A stretch of 64,000 nt of DNA. It comes from Octopus sinensis. Lineage: Eukaryota. A program made the position numbers and the translations under genes. The stretch lies in the NCBI RefSeq assembly GCF_006345805.1, contig NC_043001.1, positions 3,596,001-3,660,000 on the forward strand, given 5' to 3'. The notes under the pieces are model-generated. The model saw only the letters and a list, made by a program, of their open reading frames with translations, had not been told where the DNA came from and ran no database searches. Below, one piece after another: positions 40,629 to 53,389 of this stretch (positions within the stretch are counted from its first letter, which is position 1; each line of letters begins with the position of its first letter).

Positions 40629-40699
40629 TTCAGTAAAAATTTTGATTCAAATGAATACGGTACTTAAGTTAAAGGCACTAGAATTTGGTATGGTATTAT

Positions 40700-40850
40700 C
40701 CATATAAATCAAATGGGGTGATTATAAAATAAGCAACAAGGATATCCAAAGGTAGTGCAGTACTATCGTTTCATGCTATTTCATTTAATTAAACAATGTA
40801 AGTATTACATCAGTTTTAAAACGTAGAGCAATCTTCAGCCACATATGGAA
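40700..40850 (-). mobile_element. Penelope-like fragment with hammerhead-like motif and long loop II
   Basis: UGUGG-CUGAAGA-U-UGCU..AGCA-U-GAAAC-gaua-GU-A-CUGCA; homologous to 16115-16240 (+). Confidence 0.5.
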
Positions 40851-41154
40851 TTTTAAAAATTAAATTGACAATATTAATTTTTATACTTATTCCATTTGCC
40901 AACATTACAAAGAGGGTAGGTATATAGACAGAGAGGTGAATCTCATCAATAGAAACACGGTAGTAAATGATCTTTACTCATGGGTAGATTTCTTATCACT
41001 GTGATAAGAAATCTACACAACGATTTAAATATACAAAGCACATTATATTCATCATGACTACCCGTCTGATAAGGGTACACCAGGCACATGCATCACAACA
41101 AGAAGTACATGACATGGTGATCTCATTTCAAGATAAAAATTCCCGTGATAAGAA

Positions 41155-41187
<33 letters not shown>

Positions 41188-41413
41188 CAAATATGAGAGA
41201 AAATCCACAATGTGGACGCTTTTACGCTAGAGATAGATCTGCAAGGGTCTCAACCACTAAGAATTGTTCTCAAGAAACATTTTTGTGGATTCTCTCTCAT
41301 ATTTGTGTATTAATAATATTTACTGAATCTCAGTCTTTTATGCGCTAGGCCACTAGTGTTTAAATTGATGTTATTAAATTAATAACCAATTTTTTCACCC
41401 TTTCTTTATCTTT

Positions 41414-41489
<76 letters not shown>

Positions 41490-41759
41490 GTATATATATA
41501 AATATATATATATACATATATACATATATATATATACACGCATATATATATACACACGCATATATATATACACACATATACATATACATGTATATGTATG
41601 CATTTCATATGTCACGTTGATGTCACGTTTTCCATGTCGCATTTGACACTCACAGTCTGTGTTTTATGATTCGTACTGAGGTCTCTCGTCTTTACGGTAA
41701 TCATCCATCCGTGATGTAAAACAGAGGTTGAGTATATTGGTGGACATTGTTTACTCCCA

Positions 41760-42161
41760 TAATCCTTTCTATTCTAGATGCAAGGACCGAATTTTTGAGG
41801 GAGGCGGGGCAATTGATTAGGCCGACAACAGTACGCAAAGCTACTTAATTTATCGACCCCGAAAGGATGAAAGGCAAAGTCGACCTCGGCAGAATTTGAA
41901 CTCAGAGCGCAAAGGCAGACGAAATATCTGTTTTTTATTACCCACAAGAGGCTAAACATAGAGGGGACAAACAAGGACAGACAAAGGGATTAAGTTGATT
42001 ATATCGACCCCAGTGCTTAACTGGTACTTAATTTAATCGACCCCGAAAGGATGAAAGGCAAAGTCGACCTCGGCGGAATTTGAACTCAGAACGTAACGGC
42101 AGACGAAATACGGCTACGCATTTCGCCCGGCATGCTAACGTTTCTACCAGCTCGCCGCCTT
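41760..42161 (-). mobile_element. two-module S1 SINE
   Basis: Head + core + tail-1, then core + tail-2. Confidence 0.88.
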
Positions 42162-42925
42162 TGTTTACTTCAATAAGGATATCAACACCATCATCATTGT
42201 CGCCCCACTTAATACTAACAACAACAGCATCACCACCACCACCGTTGTCGTCTTCGTAGTCGTCATTATCATCACCACCCTCGTCGCCATGCTCACCGGA
42301 GTCGTCATGAACACTGCGGTCGATGTCATTGTCATCATCATCATCATCGTCGACGTCGTCATCGCCGTCATCATAATCATTATTCTAACCCTTGATAGCA
42401 TCTTCATCCTCATCTCCTTCATCTCCACCTTCATCATCATTCACAACATCATCGTCATCTTCTCATTCCCCTCCCCGCTTCCACTGTATTCCATCATCAT
42501 TCTCAACATATCACGCACATTTCATCTTTTTTAATTAACCTAAACAAATTATTATTTCGCAAATCAACATTTTGCTTATTTTCTTTACGTTCGATAATCG
42601 TTAAAATAATCTGTTAACGTTTAGGATTAACGATCAAATTTGAGATAATCTGTTGCAATAAAGATGAACTCTGTCTGCTACTGCAGACCGGTTGCTGCCA
42701 GTTTGTTAGTCAAATCTAATTTAGACGAGATAACACAGAACAAATAACTGCAATTTGTCTTGGAAAGGAACTCAGCACAAACGAAATGAGAATAAAAGAA
42801 ACATTTACGTGGAAGCTTCAGGAAGACCAAGAGACAGAGACCACACCCACGTAACCATACTCATATATATATATATATAATATATAACATATAATATATA
42901 TATAATATATATATAATATATATAT

Positions 42926-42986
<61 letters not shown>

Positions 42987-43282
42987 ATATATATATAATA
43001 CAGATATAGGGTGAAATATAATTAATTTAATAAAATCAACAAATTTCACCTAGTAGTATTTCGGTATGGAAAAGGACCATATTTACTAAAAATTTATATA
43101 GTTATAATAATAAGGCTTTTTTTGCAAAAAGTTGCTTAAACCACATACCGAAAATATTAGAAATAGCAGCCAAAGAGATACCATTTCCTTTTACGACAAA
43201 AATAAGTCTCCACAAACAATAATATTTGTAATTTACATATGGCAGAAAAAGAAGAAAAACAATGAAATCACACTGTCTCCGG

Positions 43283-43329
<47 letters not shown>

Positions 43330-43386
43330 TATATACATACGTATATGTACATACCTCCATCTATACTTATATATATATGCATATGT

Positions 43387-44121
43387 GGGCACAGGTCATC
43401 ACAAAACCTCTACAACAAAAAAAGTACGAAGCACGAGTGCATGGAACATGAACTATTCTTTCGAACAACAAAAGACACACATGGAAAACGAAGCCATCAG
43501 CATAAAGAGTGATCCTTCATCAGTTAATGGCTGTTTTTCTAGTCTCGTATTTGGAGCATTTAACAATATATGATTTCGATAAAAGAGTTGCTTCCGCAAA
43601 GAAAATTAAATAAAATTAGGGATTTTAGTGGAGGGTCAAAATAAGTAACACAAACAGGACAGTGAAAACAAACAGGAAGGGCTGCTAAGCCTAACGAGGT
43701 TGTGGCAGCAAACGTGTAAATCAAGCTTGGACAGGAGACGAACAACAACACGTCTTCCTTTTTCCAGCAACAATGGAGAGAAAGGAAGAAAGATGGCCGA
43801 TGGCCACGTGGAAGCAACGTGAGCACTGGAGGAGGAGTGAGGGAGAGAGAGTGACAGAGTAATAGGATAGAATAGTGGGAGAAGAGGAGGTAAAAGAATA
43901 AGAGAGAGAAAAAGAGAGAAAAATGAAAGAGTAAAAAGATCGTATGGAGTGCGCATCAGGATTATTAAGATAAAACTTACATGGAAGAGGATGCGTGACA
44001 TTAGCCAGCAACTGATGAAGGGTCGCTTTTTATGCTGCTTCGTTGTTCGAAATAATATTTCATGTTCCATGTACTCGTGCTGCGTACTTTTTAGTTGTAC
44101 ATGTTTCGTGATGTCCTGTGC

Positions 44122-44123
<2 letters not shown>
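43387..44123. repeat. fold-back element with approximately 115-140-bp inverted arms
   Basis: 43387-43525 is the diverged reverse complement of 44010-44123; arms end in CTGATGAAGG. Confidence 0.85.
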
Positions 44124-44166
<43 letters not shown>

Positions 44167-44172
<6 letters not shown>

Positions 44173-44344
44173 GGGTTGGTGAATTAATATTGCTTTTTTT
44201 CAACAAATTTTATTTAACAGTTGAAGTAGATGGTGAATATGCTCCGAAATAATCATTTAAAGATGTTTTTGTTACGTAATGTTATTGTTTCTGTTGAATA
44301 AATTTGTTGAGAAACAGTCCCAATAATTATGCACCAACACTATA
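44167..44344. mobile_element. mariner-type MITE
   Basis: Approximately 54-bp imperfect TIRs (GTTGGTG(C/A)A..CAACAAATTT..AACAG) in (TA)n; ends resemble Hsmar1/MADE1-type TIRs. Confidence 0.7.
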
Positions 44345-44379
44345 TATTGTTGCTTGTTAGATTAATAGATAGATTGATA

Positions 44380-45600
<1,221 letters not shown>

Positions 45601-45850
45601 TGTGTGTCAGCACATACGTAGCTGTATAATTAGGGGCTTCACACGATAGCATATATTACAATTTATTTATAGGCACCTATGTGTATATAAGTAATTGCTA
45701 AGTGTATGTCGACTGTACATAAACATATCTCAATATAACGGTAACTCCTATCAGTTTCGATCCAACATATGTATAAAACAGGTTTTTATTACCAATAGCT
45801 ACATGAATACCCACGCACACACGTGAGTCTATATAAATATATTTCTGTAA

Positions 45851-46200
45851 AGGCGCAGGCGTGGCTGTACGGTAAGGAGTTTGCTTCCAAAGCACATGGT
45901 TCCGGGTTCAGTCCCACTGCATGGCTTCTTAGTCTAGTGTTTTCTACAATAGCTGCGGGCCGACCAAAGTGGATTTGTTAGACAGAAACTGATAATAGCC
46001 CATCGTATTTGTGTGTGTATGCGTGCGTGCATGTGTGTGCGTATGTGTGTCTTTGTACTCTACTACAGCTTGACAATTGGTATTGTTGTGTTAACGGCAC
46101 CATAACACTGCAGTTCTGCGGAAGGGACCGATATAATAAGTAACGGGCATTAAAAAAGTTCTAGGGGTCAATCAATTCATTCGATTAAAGTGTACTTCAA
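45851..46200 (+). mobile_element. diverged S2 SINE
   Basis: GGCGCAGGCGTGGCTGT head, GGTTCAGTCCC, (TG)n linker. Confidence 0.8.
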
Positions 46201-47334
46201 TTTCACGAGCAGGCTGTTCCGGCGATCAGATCAACCGGAACCGGAACCCTCACCATCGTAACCGTTTGAGAGTGAGGGGTTTTATTCATATGGGTAGATA
46301 AGGATTTGTTTCATCTCTTTACCATCACAGTGTGGCAGTCCTACATAGAACGATGTTCCTTCTTTTTGTCCCCAGGAAAACATCTTTTCCAGCTGGCTAC
46401 TGACTCATGGTCTGTGTCCATATATTATAAGCAAAGGAGTTTATTGTTCCCTTTCTATAGACCAATGGTTCCTGGGTTATTTCAATTCCTTAGTATAGCA
46501 CAATCGTCGGTTGGAGATGGCAGCCACTCAATCTTGCATATAGTATAAATTTTAAAGCGACATACAGTTACTGGTAAAGAGAAAAACGAATAGTTTTAAA
46601 ACTCTGAGCGAGAAATATGTAGTAACAGTACCGAACAGTAAAGTCTATTTTCCAACACAATGTAGCAGTCCTACAGAGGACGATATTACTACAGTTTAGT
46701 CCCAGGAAAACATATTTTCCAGCTGGCTACCGACACATGGTCTGTGTCCGTATACTATGAGCAGGGGAGTTTATTACTCCCTTTCTAGCCTTAACGATAG
46801 CTGTAGACCAATGTTTTATGTTATTGTGTAGGTTCATTCAAGCTTCATATGTGCTTCATGGTAGAGTTGTATGGGAGCGGATATGAAAAATGGTCAATTC
46901 ATGCAGCTAGTATCGAAATTTACTTCCAAGCATAACTTCTGTTATGCAAGAGTTTGTTTTTAAGAACGAACTTTCTTAATGAAGTGGGATATTAGTTTTA
47001 TATATATATATATGTGTGTGTGTGCGTGTGTATCTGAGTATACATGTATATATATATATATATACATGCATACACACTCACAAACACACACATATATATC
47101 GTTTATAGAAAACATTGGTCCAAAAGAAGAAGCACACCCCAAGATGTGGGCCAGTATATATTAAAAATGGGGAAGGCCAAAATTTTCAAGAGGTTCTAGG
47201 CCAACAGGTTTTTGGAATCTGACGATACGCTCTAAAGCTAAACCCTTTATGGACGGTGGGCGGGAAACCTATGGTTATTCTATCAACCGGCCCATTTTTA
47301 ATATATATATGCGTGTGTATATATATATATATTC

Positions 47335-47664
47335 CCTATCCATTCCATCCTATCATTACTTTCGAGACAGTACTTCTTGATACACCAAATATTTCGTCTG
47401 TTTTCGTTGCGCATGCGCCTGCCATACGAGCACCAACAATTTGACCTCTTTGAAAGTCCGATAGATCTGTCATTTTAATGAAATTTAATTACCTTTTTCT
47501 GGTGATATCTGAAAAAAACAGTAATCTTAGAAAAAAAAACATCAAGCAACACTAATAATAAATAAAACAACATTTAAATAAGCAAGCTTTTGACGGCTTT
47601 ATAGATATCTGAAAATTATGATGCTGTGATGTTAGGTGTTTCCATTATTTTGTCCAACCCCTGT
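47335..47664 (-). mobile_element. Tc1-like transposon left end with transposase N-terminus
   Basis: TA-CAGGGGTTGGACAAAATAATGGAAACACC TIR; ATG at 47473 gives MTDLSDFQRGQIVGARMAG..FGVSRSTVSKVM (paired-like HTH). Confidence 0.85.
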
Positions 47665-47839
47665 ATATACATACATAAATACATACACATACATACATAC
47701 ACACGCACACACACAGATACACACTCACACACACACACACACACATATATGCATATATGTATGTATTATACACTCTCAGCTCACAAACATTAAACCACAT
47801 TTGTTAAGAGAAACATATTTTTTGACATTTTAGTGTCAT

Positions 47840-47960
47840 TCAATCAATAGAGTGCTGTACCCTTGCGCAAAGTTCGATGCATTTTCACCTCGATCCAGAC
47901 GCTGTAAATTCTCATTTTTCTGTTCGATTTTTTCCAATGCTGTTCCGTTGTCAACAGTGT
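47840..47960 (-). mobile_element. possible pogo/Tigger-like CENP-B HTH fragment
   Basis: Minus-strand peptide LQRLDRGENASNFAQGY. Confidence 0.4.
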
Positions 47961-48159
47961 TCAATTTCAATCAGTGACATGGAATTTTAACAGCAACATA
48001 ATCGATTATTTATAGCAGATACATACTTCGAATACAGTTGTAGAGTGCATGAAGAAACCAATAATTTCGTCAAGCTTTTAAATCTTTCAGCATGTCTATC
48101 ATTTTAGAACAGAACGTGTTAAAATAATTTTAGCTAATATTACTTTTTATAACATACCA

Positions 48160-48377
48160 TTAACCTAAGAGACCCCTGACAACAGATTCCGTTTTCCATA
48201 ATGCTAAATAATAGCTTTTGGAACGTGAGCTGTCCTCCTCACGGTCTTCCTGCGTTCGCCAGTTCTTTTATTTGTGAGTATACAACACGTTCGGCGCTTA
48301 TAAGTTTGTTTACAAAATGGTCTCACATTCTAATTTCTATTATAAAAAGACAGAATCTGTCGTCAGGTGTCGGTTAG
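48160..48377. mobile_element. piggyBac-like MITE
   Basis: TTAA-CC..CCTGACAACAGATTC and GAATCTGTCGTCAGG..GG-TTAG. Confidence 0.5.
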
Positions 48378-48551
48378 CCTAATGGTTCAGAGTAATCTGC
48401 CGGAATTTGAGATCTGCAGCCTTCGATTTCTTTTGGATGTTTGGTGATCACATAACTTTTACCGGTTTTTAAAGAGGGGGATATTTACCCGATTTTCTAA
48501 GCTGTCCTCACAGGCTTCCTGCGCCCGCGAATTCCTTTATTTACTTCTCTC

Positions 48552-48933
48552 TCTATATATAAAGCTGAAGTTGTCTGTGTATGGCAGATTTGGTAGCCAT
48601 CAACTAACACTATCTCCTCCGAGGTCCTGCGGCGCAAGTTGACCAAAATTGAGAGTATGATAGAAGAAGGCTGGCTCTTCCTTCCGTAAAAAATTCAAAT
48701 CGGACCATGTTAACACCAAAAATTATTTACATCAAAAAGGTGTATTTTTCTGTGAAAAACTTTATTTTGTACGATCTTTTGACTGCTGTGTCGCCATATT
48801 TCGGTGTATTTCAACCAGAAAAATGTTCACTTAAAGAGAATAACAAGCTACATAATGCAGAATTCTTACTTTTCAAACATTCCAATTCTAAAGGGTCGAA
48901 ACAAACACGAGCAACGCCGGGCGAAACTGCTAG
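48552..48933 (+). mobile_element. non-autonomous Helitron
   Basis: 5' TC-TATATATAAA; 3' GAGCAACGCCGGGC..CTGCTAG|T. Confidence 0.75.
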
Positions 48934-48935
48934 TG

Positions 48936-48989
<54 letters not shown>

Positions 48990-48993
<4 letters not shown>

Positions 48994-49180
48994 AAGAGAA
49001 TTTACAAAAATAAAAAAAGACGAAGACAGGTGGTGTAGACAACAAACAGATGTATTAGTTTAACGCTCAGGAAGTGAAAAAGTCTTTAACGTTTCGAGCC
49101 TACGCTCTTCCACAGATAGGAACACAGAAAGAAACAAGGAGAGAAAATAAAGAATGTGTAGTGGCTAGCGAGAAAGCAGA
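48990..49180 (-). mobile_element. Penelope-like terminal repeat fragment with hammerhead variant
   Basis: CUAU-CUGUGGA-A-GAGC-GUAG-GCUC-GAAAC-GU-U-AAAG at 49119-49084; flanked by (TA)n. Confidence 0.65.
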
Positions 49181-49601
49181 GAGTACAAAAATAGTTTAGA
49201 AAGTACAAAAAAGTTAAGAAAAGTTCAAAAGGTTCGAACAATGTCGTGGTGTATTGGAGCGATTTTCCATGAACGGAAGAGTCCAGTGGAACATTCTATT
49301 ATGATTTTTCACTTGTTTCAGTCATTTGACTGCGGCTGTGATTTAGGACCACTTTCAGTCAAAGAAATCGATCGCAGACCTTATTCTATAGTTCTCTTTG
49401 GCCGAAAAGCTGTTACGTATACGTAAACACACCGACATCGGTTGTCGAACGATGGTAACGAGGGACAGACACAGACCACACAAATACATACTTACACACA
49501 CATACATATATATATGTGTGTGTGTGAGTGTGTACACACAGGATATAGCCCCCATATATATATATGTGTGTGTGAGTGTGTACACACAGGATATAGCCCC
49601 C

Positions 49602-49649
<48 letters not shown>

Positions 49650-50031
49650 GTAATGTTTTTACCTATTGTAAGCATCTCTTATTTTTCCGAGCTAGTGTAA
49701 AAACGTAACAGCTAAAATGTTGTTGTTTTTATGATAGCAACCATTGATGAAGCGACGGTGAAACGTTATGCAAAGCTTTCCTGGCACAATCAGTTTGTTA
49801 CGTGTTAGAGAAACGTGTGTTTGAGCTTTATAAATTCTACCAAATTGTACAATCCAGTTTTTTTCTTTTAGTATAAAAGCTTTTAGGCATATGCATTGAT
49901 ATAAAACTGTCCATAAATACATGTTTACATCAGAGTAAGCACATGAATGTGAAAGAAGGTGGGGAAAATAGTACTCAAATACTGGAGGCAGAGTAATATA
50001 CTTTATTAATAAAGCTGCAAAGACATCACAA

Positions 50032-50077
50032 AAAACTGTTACTCAGAGTTTCACGTTCCCGTTCGTCGGGTAGTTTT
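50032..50077 (-). ncRNA. degenerate minimal hammerhead motif (U4C)
   Basis: AAAACUAC-CCGACGA-ACG(GGAA)CGU-GAAA-CUC-U-GAGU-A-ACAGUUUU. Confidence 0.5.
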
Positions 50078-50084
50078 GTTTGTG

Positions 50085-50181
50085 TCCGTGTACGTAAATA
50101 CACCGACATCGGTTGTCGAGCGATGGTGATGGGGGAAAGACAGAGACACACAAATATATACATACAAACACACACACACAC

Positions 50182-50240
<59 letters not shown>

Positions 50241-50612
50241 CTTTATTGCCCACAAGGGGATAAACATAGAGGGGAGAAACAAGGACAGACAAAGGAATTA
50301 AGTCGATTACATCGACCCCAGTGCTTGACTGGCACTTAATTTATCGATCCCGAAAGGATGAAAGGTAAAGTCGACCTCGGCGGAATTTGCACTCAGAGCG
50401 TAACGACAGACGTTCTGAGTTAAAACTCCGCCGAGATATATATGTGTGTGTTTGTATACGACAGGTTTCTTTCAGTTTTCATGTGGCAAATCCATTCACA
50501 AGGTTTTGATCGGCCGAGTATATAGTAGAAGGCACTTATCCAAGGTGTCACGCAGAAGGACTGATACAGGAGCCATGAGTTTGGGAAGCAAACATAGAGC
50601 TACGCCTGCGCC
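50085..50612 (-). mobile_element. S2 SINE with nested S1 (50238-50435)
   Basis: S2 head at 50612, S1 in the microsatellite linker, S2 tail portion resumes at about 50180. Confidence 0.8.
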
Positions 50613-51021
50613 CTGGAAAAACCATAATAGAATATTACACTGGACTCTTCTGTTGATGAGAAACCGCTCCAATCCACGACGACCTTCGAAGCTTTTGAAA
50701 CAAACGTATGTATGGCTCTGCATATGCGTATTTATATGAGCCCATCCGCATATATCATCATTTAACGGGCGTCTTCCATGCTGTACGGTTCCGGCTGATT
50801 TGACAGCATCCAACGAACCAGAGGTCTTCCTCGTGTTCCAGTTTCTGCTTTGACATGGTTACTACGGCTGGATGCTCTTTAAGACGACAACCTCTTTACT
50901 GTGTTACGTTGTGCTTTTTACGTGTTGCCGTCACAAGTGAAACCGCAAAGTAACCTGCAAGTGACAGGAGCTACGTTGAGTGAAGTTATAGTAGAAAGTC
51001 GATGTGGTATTATGTCAGTCA

Positions 51022-51248
51022 GGTAAGAAAAGTTAGCAAGCCGGGCGAAATGCGAAACCGTATTTCTTCTGCCGTTACGTTCTGAGTTCAAATTCCGCCA
51101 AGGTCGACTTTGCCTTTCATCCTTTCGGGGTCGATAAATTAAGTACCAGTTACTCACTGGGGTCGATGTAATCGAATTAATCCGTTTGTCTGTCTTTGTT
51201 TGTCCCCTCTGTGTTTAGCCCCTTGTGGGTAGTAAAGAAATAGGTATT
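51022..51248 (+). mobile_element. S1 SINE
   Basis: Core and tail-1 intact. Confidence 0.9.
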
Positions 51249-52454
51249 GATAGGCTAAACTTAGATAGGGGTTGTACCGATTTGCTGCTATTGAGGAAAT
51301 ACTTGGCGTGAGCGAATTTTTAAAAGATTGCGGCTGTTGCTCGAAAGAAGATAATGATGTTGGTAACGAAGTGACAGAGCGTATTCTCAAGGTACAAGAA
51401 AGTGAATATAAGAGACAGAGAGAGTACGGAAGGGGAGTAGAGTGAGAGTTATAGAGAAAGAGAGAAAGGAGAAGATTAGAGGCACGCTGTGGTGGCTGTA
51501 CTCAGTGGAGGAGAAAAAATCCGGATTCGGTTTGAGAGCAGAAATGAGATGATGTCGAGAACGATAGCAGAGAAGCGAGAGTATTAGGGATGAAGAGAAG
51601 GGAAGGAGAAATATCTGGAAAGAAGTGATCGGTCGCAAATGAAATGGGAAGGGATCATATTGAGGATGAGGAACTGGTAATAAAAGAAATGGTTCAAGGA
51701 AATGCAGAGATAACGAGTAGCAGAAAAGGGGGACGAAATTATTGTAGAATTCTGGTCTCGCTTGATTAAAGTAAGAGAGGAAATGCTACTATTGGGGAGG
51801 GTGATGGAGAGGTAGGTATCAGAAGATGAGAAATGAGGACAGGTTGATAGGGACATATTGGGGCCAGGATCGATATCTGTTGAGTGCATAGCTATGTGTG
51901 TGTACGTGTATATATATATACATACATACACACATATTCACACGCACACATACACACATACATACACCTGTGTGTGCGTGTGTGTGTGTGTGTCCATAAT
52001 AATCGCGTATGTATTTACAGTACTTCAGGAAATTGTGACAAGTTTACAATAAGCAATATGTGTACTTATTTATATGTACATATACATGAATACGTACACA
52101 CACACACACACGCGCGCGCGTATCATCTATTAGGCAGCAGATGTTTGTTTAGTGAACAGCTGTAACAGAAATCCATTCGTTACAACCGTTCTGATTAAAA
52201 TATATTGATTTAATTTACCCAATCAATTTCAAACCATATCTCAGTTCAGTCACACAATCTGTCGAACACAAAGGTTCTTAGCATTTGTTCGATACATGCT
52301 AAATCTTTACATCTTTTCCTCTCGCCCAAACTCAATCATTCAGGCACATGGTAACTATATAAAATATGTACAAACACTGTTTAAATAATGATTTCCTATA
52401 TTGGTACATGGCCAGAAATTATGTGAGATGTATAGGTGTACAACGTGGGCAGAG

Positions 52455-52620
52455 GCGAAGGAGGGGCTTGTGGTGGGAAATTTGTTTTTCAAGCACAACA
52501 TGGTCCCGAGTTCGGTTCCACTGCATCACGTTTTAGACAAGTGTCTTGTAATAAAGCCTCGGGTCGACTGAAGCCCTGTCAGTGGATTTGATAGTCGGAA
52601 ACTGAAAGAAGCCCGTCGTG
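52455..52620 (+). mobile_element. S2 SINE 5' half
   Basis: GAGTTCGGTTCC B-box-like, CORE-like motif, ends at GAAGCCCGTCGTG. Confidence 0.7.
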
Positions 52621-52653
<33 letters not shown>

Positions 52654-52689
52654 TATATACACACGACGGGCTATATATATATATATATA

Positions 52690-52690
52690 T

Positions 52691-52740
<50 letters not shown>

Positions 52741-52782
52741 TAGATAGATAGATAGATAGATTAGATAGATAGATAGATAGAT

Positions 52783-52821
<39 letters not shown>

Positions 52822-52847
52822 TGATATATAGATAGATTGATTGATAA

Positions 52848-52889
<42 letters not shown>

Positions 52890-52890
52890 T

Positions 52891-52928
<38 letters not shown>

Positions 52929-53056
52929 CAGACTGACAGACAGACAGATACATACATACATACATACATACATACATACATACATACATACATACATACA
53001 TACATACATACATACATACATACATACATACATACATACATACATACATACATACA

Positions 53057-53085
<29 letters not shown>
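52690..53085. repeat. (GATA)n followed by (TACA)n
   Basis: Directly visible. Confidence 0.97.
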
Positions 53086-53090
<5 letters not shown>

Positions 53091-53094
53091 AAGT

Positions 53095-53389
53095 AAGGAA
53101 ATAACTGTAGGTGTAGACGAACTTTAATTCATAATCCAAGTTGGCACAGAACCAAAATACATTCTACAAATTCTTTCGGAGACTAATTCCAATGACAAAT
53201 TCGAAAAACTCTTTACGAAATAAAAATGAGACTCTTCGTCAGGAAATACATACTGGTATGAATAATTACGACCAACAAAACTGTACAAAGATTTTGTTTG
53301 ACCTAGACAAATAATAATAGAATGTATATTTGTTCTGTACCAACTTGGATTATGAATAAAAGATCGTCTACACTTACAATTATTTCCTT
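53095..53389. repeat. fold-back element with 72-bp inverted arms
   Basis: 53095-53166 versus 53318-53389, 7 mismatches, 151-bp spacer. Confidence 0.9.

Noticed and set aside
51290-51860. Purine-rich stretch with minus-strand ORFs (and the pyrimidine-rich 63280-63520 ORF)
   Set aside because: Low-complexity composition; no protein motif recognised.
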